From Fonticula alba ATCC 38817 (taxonomy: Eukaryota; Protista; Nucleariida), in the NCBI GenBank assembly GCA_000388065.2, contig KB932207.1: DNA of 22,428 bases; one strand, given 5' to 3'. The notes under the pieces were generated by a model. It ran no database searches, was not told the origin of the DNA, and saw only the letters and a program-made list of their open reading frames with translations. A program made the translations under genes and the position numbers. Positions 18,776 through 22,428 of this stretch are shown here, one piece after another. Position 1 is the first letter of the stretch. Each line of letters opens with the position of its first letter.

Positions 18776-19870
18776 ATGTCCCCCACCCCCGACACCCTCA
18801 CCGAGCGCCTGCAGGAGCTGAGCGTCGCCCAGGCCGAGGCCCGGCAGCTGGTCAACGAGCTGATGGCCCAGGACCCGCACTCGCGCGCGGACGAGGCCAA
18901 CGAGGCCATCCTCAAGCACAACCCCCGGCGCTTCGTCCTCTTCCCCATCGAGTACCATGAGATTTGGCAGATGTACAAGAAGGCCGAGGCCTCCTTCTGG
19001 ACCGCCGAGGAGGTGGACCTCTCCCGCGACCTGGACGACTGGAACAACAAGCTGACCGCCAACGAGCGGTACTTCATCTCCCATGTGCTGGCGTTCTTCG
19101 CCGCGTCGGATGGCATTGTCAATGAGAATCTGGTCAACCGGTTCTCCTCGGAGGTGCAGATCGCCGAGGCCCGGTGCTTCTACGGCTTCCAGATCGCCAT
19201 CGAGAACATCCACAGCGAGATGTACTCGCTGCTGATTGACACCTATGTGCGGGATGTGGCCGAGCGCGACCACCTCTTCGGCGCCATCGAGACCATCCCC
19301 TGCGTCAAGAAGAAGGCCGACTGGGCCATGCGCTGGATCGAGGACGAGTCGTCCACCTTCGCCACGCGCCTGGTGGCCTTCGCCGCCGTGGAGGGCATTT
19401 TCTTCTCCGGCTCCTTCGCCGCCATCTTCTGGCTGAAGAAGCGCGGCCTCATGCCCGGGCTGACCTTCAGCAATGAGCTCATCTCCCGTGACGAGGGGCT
19501 CCACTGCGACTTCGCGTGCCTGCTCTTCTCGCACCTGAACTCCCGGCCCAGCGTGGCCACCATCACCGCCCTCATCAGCGAGGCGGTGGTCATCGAGAAG
19601 GAGTTCCTCACCGAGGCCCTGCCCGTTCGCCTGATCGGCATGAACGGCGACCTCATGTGCCAGTACATCGAGTTTGTGGCCGACCGCCTGCTGGTGGAGC
19701 TCGGCTGCCCGAAGGTCTACAACGCGGAGAACCCCTTCGACTTCATGGACATGATCAGTCTCCAGGGCAAGACCAACTTCTTCGAGAAGCGCGTCGGTGA
19801 CTACCAGAAGGCCGGCGTCATGCACAGCTCCAAGGAGGACACCGAGTTCACCCTGGACGCGGACTTCTAA
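18776..19870 (+). CDS. RRM2: Ribonucleoside-diphosphate reductase small (R2/beta) subunit, class Ia, 364 aa from this ATG
   Basis: Motifs [53 protein letters not shown] (iron ligands and radical Tyr), [28 protein letters not shown] and C-terminal FTLDADF are all intact. The frame is open back into the gap, so the true start could lie upstream. Confidence 0.98.
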   Translation: MSPTPDTLTERLQELSVAQAEARQLVNELMAQDPHSRADEANEAILKHNPRRFVLFPIEYHEIWQMYKKAEASFWTAEEVDLSRDLDDWNNKLTANERYFISHVLAFFAASDGIVNENLVNRFSSEVQIAEARCFYGFQIAIENIHSEMYSLLIDTYVRDVAERDHLFGAIETIPCVKKKADWAMRWIEDESSTFATRLVAFAAVEGIFFSGSFAAIFWLKKRGLMPGLTFSNELISRDEGLHCDFACLLFSHLNSRPSVATITALISEAVVIEKEFLTEALPVRLIGMNGDLMCQYIEFVADRLLVELGCPKVYNAENPFDFMDMISLQGKTNFFEKRVGDYQKAGVMHSSKEDTEFTLDADF

Positions 19871-20943
19871 GGGGCTTCCCGGCCCGCGCGAGGCACCGGG
19901 GGCTGGTCCACCACCCGTGTGCCCCCCTCCCCTCCGCCGCTCCTTCTGTCCCTCGCCCTCGCGCTCTCCCTCTCCCTCGCCCTCGCGCTCTCCCTCGCGC
20001 TCTCTCCCTGCTCGGGGCCGCGGGGGGGCGGGAGGCGCGAAGGGACACCTCTGCTGTGTGGCGGGGAGGGGTCAGCTCCCCTTCGCCCTCCTGTCCCGCT
20101 TGTGCGCGCGCCCCATGCTCTCCCACACCTGTACTTGTATCGCTCCCCTTTCTTCTCCCTCCATCGTGGCCCGGGACGGACGCTGCCAACGGCCAGGACA
20201 AAAGGAATCCCCCCCCCCCCCTTCTCTGCCCTTTGTGATGGGCGCGGGCCCGCGCGATGTGCACGCGTGCCTGTCCGCGCGGCCGGCCCCTCCCTCGCCG
20301 CTCTCTCCGACAGAGAGCGAGCGAGACCCATGCGCATGCTCCCGCTGCCGGCGATTCCCCTCCGTATAATACAAACCCATACATACAAACCCATGCATAT
20401 ATACACATTTTTTGAACATATCCCGATATGCATTGCCAAGTCCCCTCTGTCCCCGGTCTGTGCGCGCCGCGCCCCATTTTCCCTCCCGCCGGTGTGTTCC
20501 CCGGTGACCAGCCTCGGCGTTTGCCTGCGCCCTTCTGCATGCATTCCGCCCCCGCCGGGGGTTGGCTCGCCTGTGCTCCCCTCCCCTCCGGTTATGGTCG
20601 ATCCGAGCCGCCAGTCGGGGGTGTCATCTAATTTGTCTATTGGTTTTCCAGGGAGCGGCGTTCGGCAGGGTGAGGTGGCCACAGGACAGCGAAGTGGTGC
20701 CGGTGACGATGGCGTGGCACGCGTGCATATGTGTCAAAAGGCGAGGATCCTCCCCCCTGGCTGATCCGTTGTCGCTCTCGAGCAAGGACAGAGGAGAAAG
20801 CAGCACACACACACACATACACAGATGCACACGCACGCACGCACACACATCGGAGAGGGAGGCGGGACAGCCGGCAAAGAGTGACAGGAGGACAGCGGCC
20901 ACACAGGTGCGCCCCCCCTCCCTCGCCCCGCCCTCCCGAGCAT

Positions 20944-21861
20944 TTAGTACTCGGCCGAGTGGCCCAGACGGTAGAGCAGCGCCCGGCCCTTGTCATCGGC
21001 GATGCCCATGTCCCCGCCATTGGGGCTGAAGTTGACCGCCGACAGGCGACTCAGGGGAAGGGCCTTCTCATTGCGCGGCCAATTGTCGTAGACGGTCTGC
21101 GTGGCCATGTTCACCACGCGCAGCTGGGCCTTCTTGACCGAGCTGCCGAACACCAGCAGCGAGGCATCGGCGTTGAATTCCAAGCAGTCGATCGTGGTGG
21201 TCAGGTTGGTGAAAGTCTTCACCGGGCGAACCGACATGTCCAGGGTCAGGCTCGGCGCGCGGCCACAGTCATACAGGTTGACGATACCCTCGTGGGAGCT
21301 GGTCGGGGGGGGGGGGGGGGAATGGGAGGAGGTTAGTCGGAAGGTCGAAGGCCAGCCAGATGGAGGGGTGCGAGGGGGGGGGAGGGAGGGAGGAGGAGGC
21401 CCAGGGCCACATACCTGACCGCCACAATGCGGCCACACGGGGAGGTGGTGATCTGCGACGCCATGAGGGTGCCCTGGTCGGTGAATTGCCCGGTGCAGGT
21501 GAGCGTCGTCAGATCCCAGCGGTACACCTGGCCGCGGTCCGTCAGGGTAAAGAGCACCGGCGAGGTGTTGGCCGCATCGATGCCGATGTGCCCGGCGGTG
21601 TTGTCGCCCTCCGGCAGGCCGAACCCCCCGAAGGAGGGGGCCGACGAGGTGGCATCCCCATGCGAGAAGGCCAGGTCCACCACCGGCCGGTTGTGGTGCA
21701 GGGTTTTGATCAGGAGCTTGGACTTGCCGGCCACCAGGTGCACCTGGCGCGTGGTGCTGCCGACGATGGCCACAAATTGCCCGCTCGGGCTGGCCTCGAA
21801 CAGCTCGAAGGTCTTCTCCTTGATGCCTGTGACGGCGTCCGACGGATGCCGGGTCGGGCCG

Positions 21862-21907
<46 letters not shown>

Positions 21908-22407
21908 GGGAAAGCCAACGGGTCAGGGGCCGGACAGGCAGACAGAATGGGCAGGCCCAGGGCCGGCGAGCAGAAGGAAGGAATGTACCCATGATGCCGG
22001 CGATGCGGGTCTGCTTGCCGGACGCCAGGTCCAGGGAGAAGTAGAACGGCCGCCGGGAGGTGACCATCAGGTCGTCCGAGTGCTGGCCGGTGAACTGGGC
22101 CCGATGAATCGGGAAGTCCTGCAGGTGGATGTTGAACAGCTGGGAATTCTCGCGACCATCAACCTGTGCTCCGGGGAGCCGCGCGGGAGGCGAGCGTACA
22201 CGCAGGTACAGAGCAAGGCCGGAGGTGAGATGGGCCAGGAGTGGTGGCGGTGGCACTGGTGGCAGGGAGGACAAAGGACGCGAGGGAAGAGGCCGAGTAA
22301 GGGAACCAGGCAGTGGCACGCACCTCGTAAAGGCGAACGGTCTTGTCGAAGCCAGCGGTCACGGCCACCGGCGACCGAGAGTGGAAGAGCAGGGACCGAA
22401 TGACAGC
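20944..22407 (-). CDS. UTP18: U3 snoRNA-associated protein 18 (WD40, SSU processome), 5'-partial. Exons on the minus strand: 22407-22324, 22163-21989, 21826-21415, 21298-20944
   Basis: The spliced product reads AVIRSLLFHSRSPVAVTAGFDKTVRLYE|VDGRENSQLFNIHLQDFPI...IMG|IKEKTFELFEASPSG...RIVAVS|SHEGIVNLYD...KKAQLRVVNMATQTVYDNWP...VNFSPNGGDMGIADDKGRALLYRLGH, matching the UTP18 signature segments. Three GT-AG introns have consistent phases. The gene continues beyond the window end. Confidence 0.9.
21866..21908 (-). repeat. (GA)n on the plus strand, i.e. (CT)n on the sense strand of a UTP18 intron
   Basis: Read directly. Confidence 0.9.
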
Positions 22408-22428
22408 CTGCCAGGCAAGGGGGAGGGG

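Noticed and set aside
18167-19825. 552-aa minus-strand ORF opposite RRM2
   Set aside because: It is an antisense mirror of GC3-biased codons, plus the gap.
19871-20943. Possible hidden gene between RRM2 and UTP18
   Set aside because: The ORFs are low-complexity and repeat-derived. The region is consistent with two convergent 3' UTRs.
8233-21988. Three introns of 3n length with no in-frame stop (8233-8349, 14796-14891, 21827-21988)
   Set aside because: About a third of introns are 3n by chance and stops are rare at this GC content, so 3 of 13 is not notable.
1-22428. Transposon, viral, tRNA or rRNA sequence
   Set aside because: I saw no transposase, reverse transcriptase or integrase motifs, terminal repeats, tRNA cloverleaf or T-loop context, or rRNA signatures. 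The gaps could not be examined.

Overview
This is very GC-rich eukaryotic genomic DNA with spliceosomal GT-AG introns and three assembly gaps (1743-1893, 8813-9241, 18185-18752). Its style (GC-rich exons, short introns full of CA/CT/CG repeats and C-runs) suggests a unicellular opisthokont such as Fonticula, which is inference only. Most of the ORF track is spurious GC-rich shadow ORFs. Splicing by hand gives six genes: a very large (~1,925 aa) forkhead transcription factor (+), ORC4 (+), a divergent TTI2-like HEAT protein (+), a MED22-like protein (-), the ribonucleotide reductase small subunit (+) and the 3' part of UTP18 (-). I found no rRNA, tRNA, CRISPR array or mobile element. I did not find a convincing new multi-gene system; this looks like a housekeeping and cell-cycle neighbourhood. 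The most interesting signals are: (1) all 13 inferred splice donors have a pyrimidine at +4 and none has A; (2) ORC4 carries an S/T-P-rich N-terminal extension, a DH Walker B and an RGG-containing winged-helix insert; (3) the giant forkhead factor has Akt/14-3-3-type motifs, a perfect forkhead site upstream of its own gene and an ambiguous splice junction. All exon models are manual inferences without transcript data.
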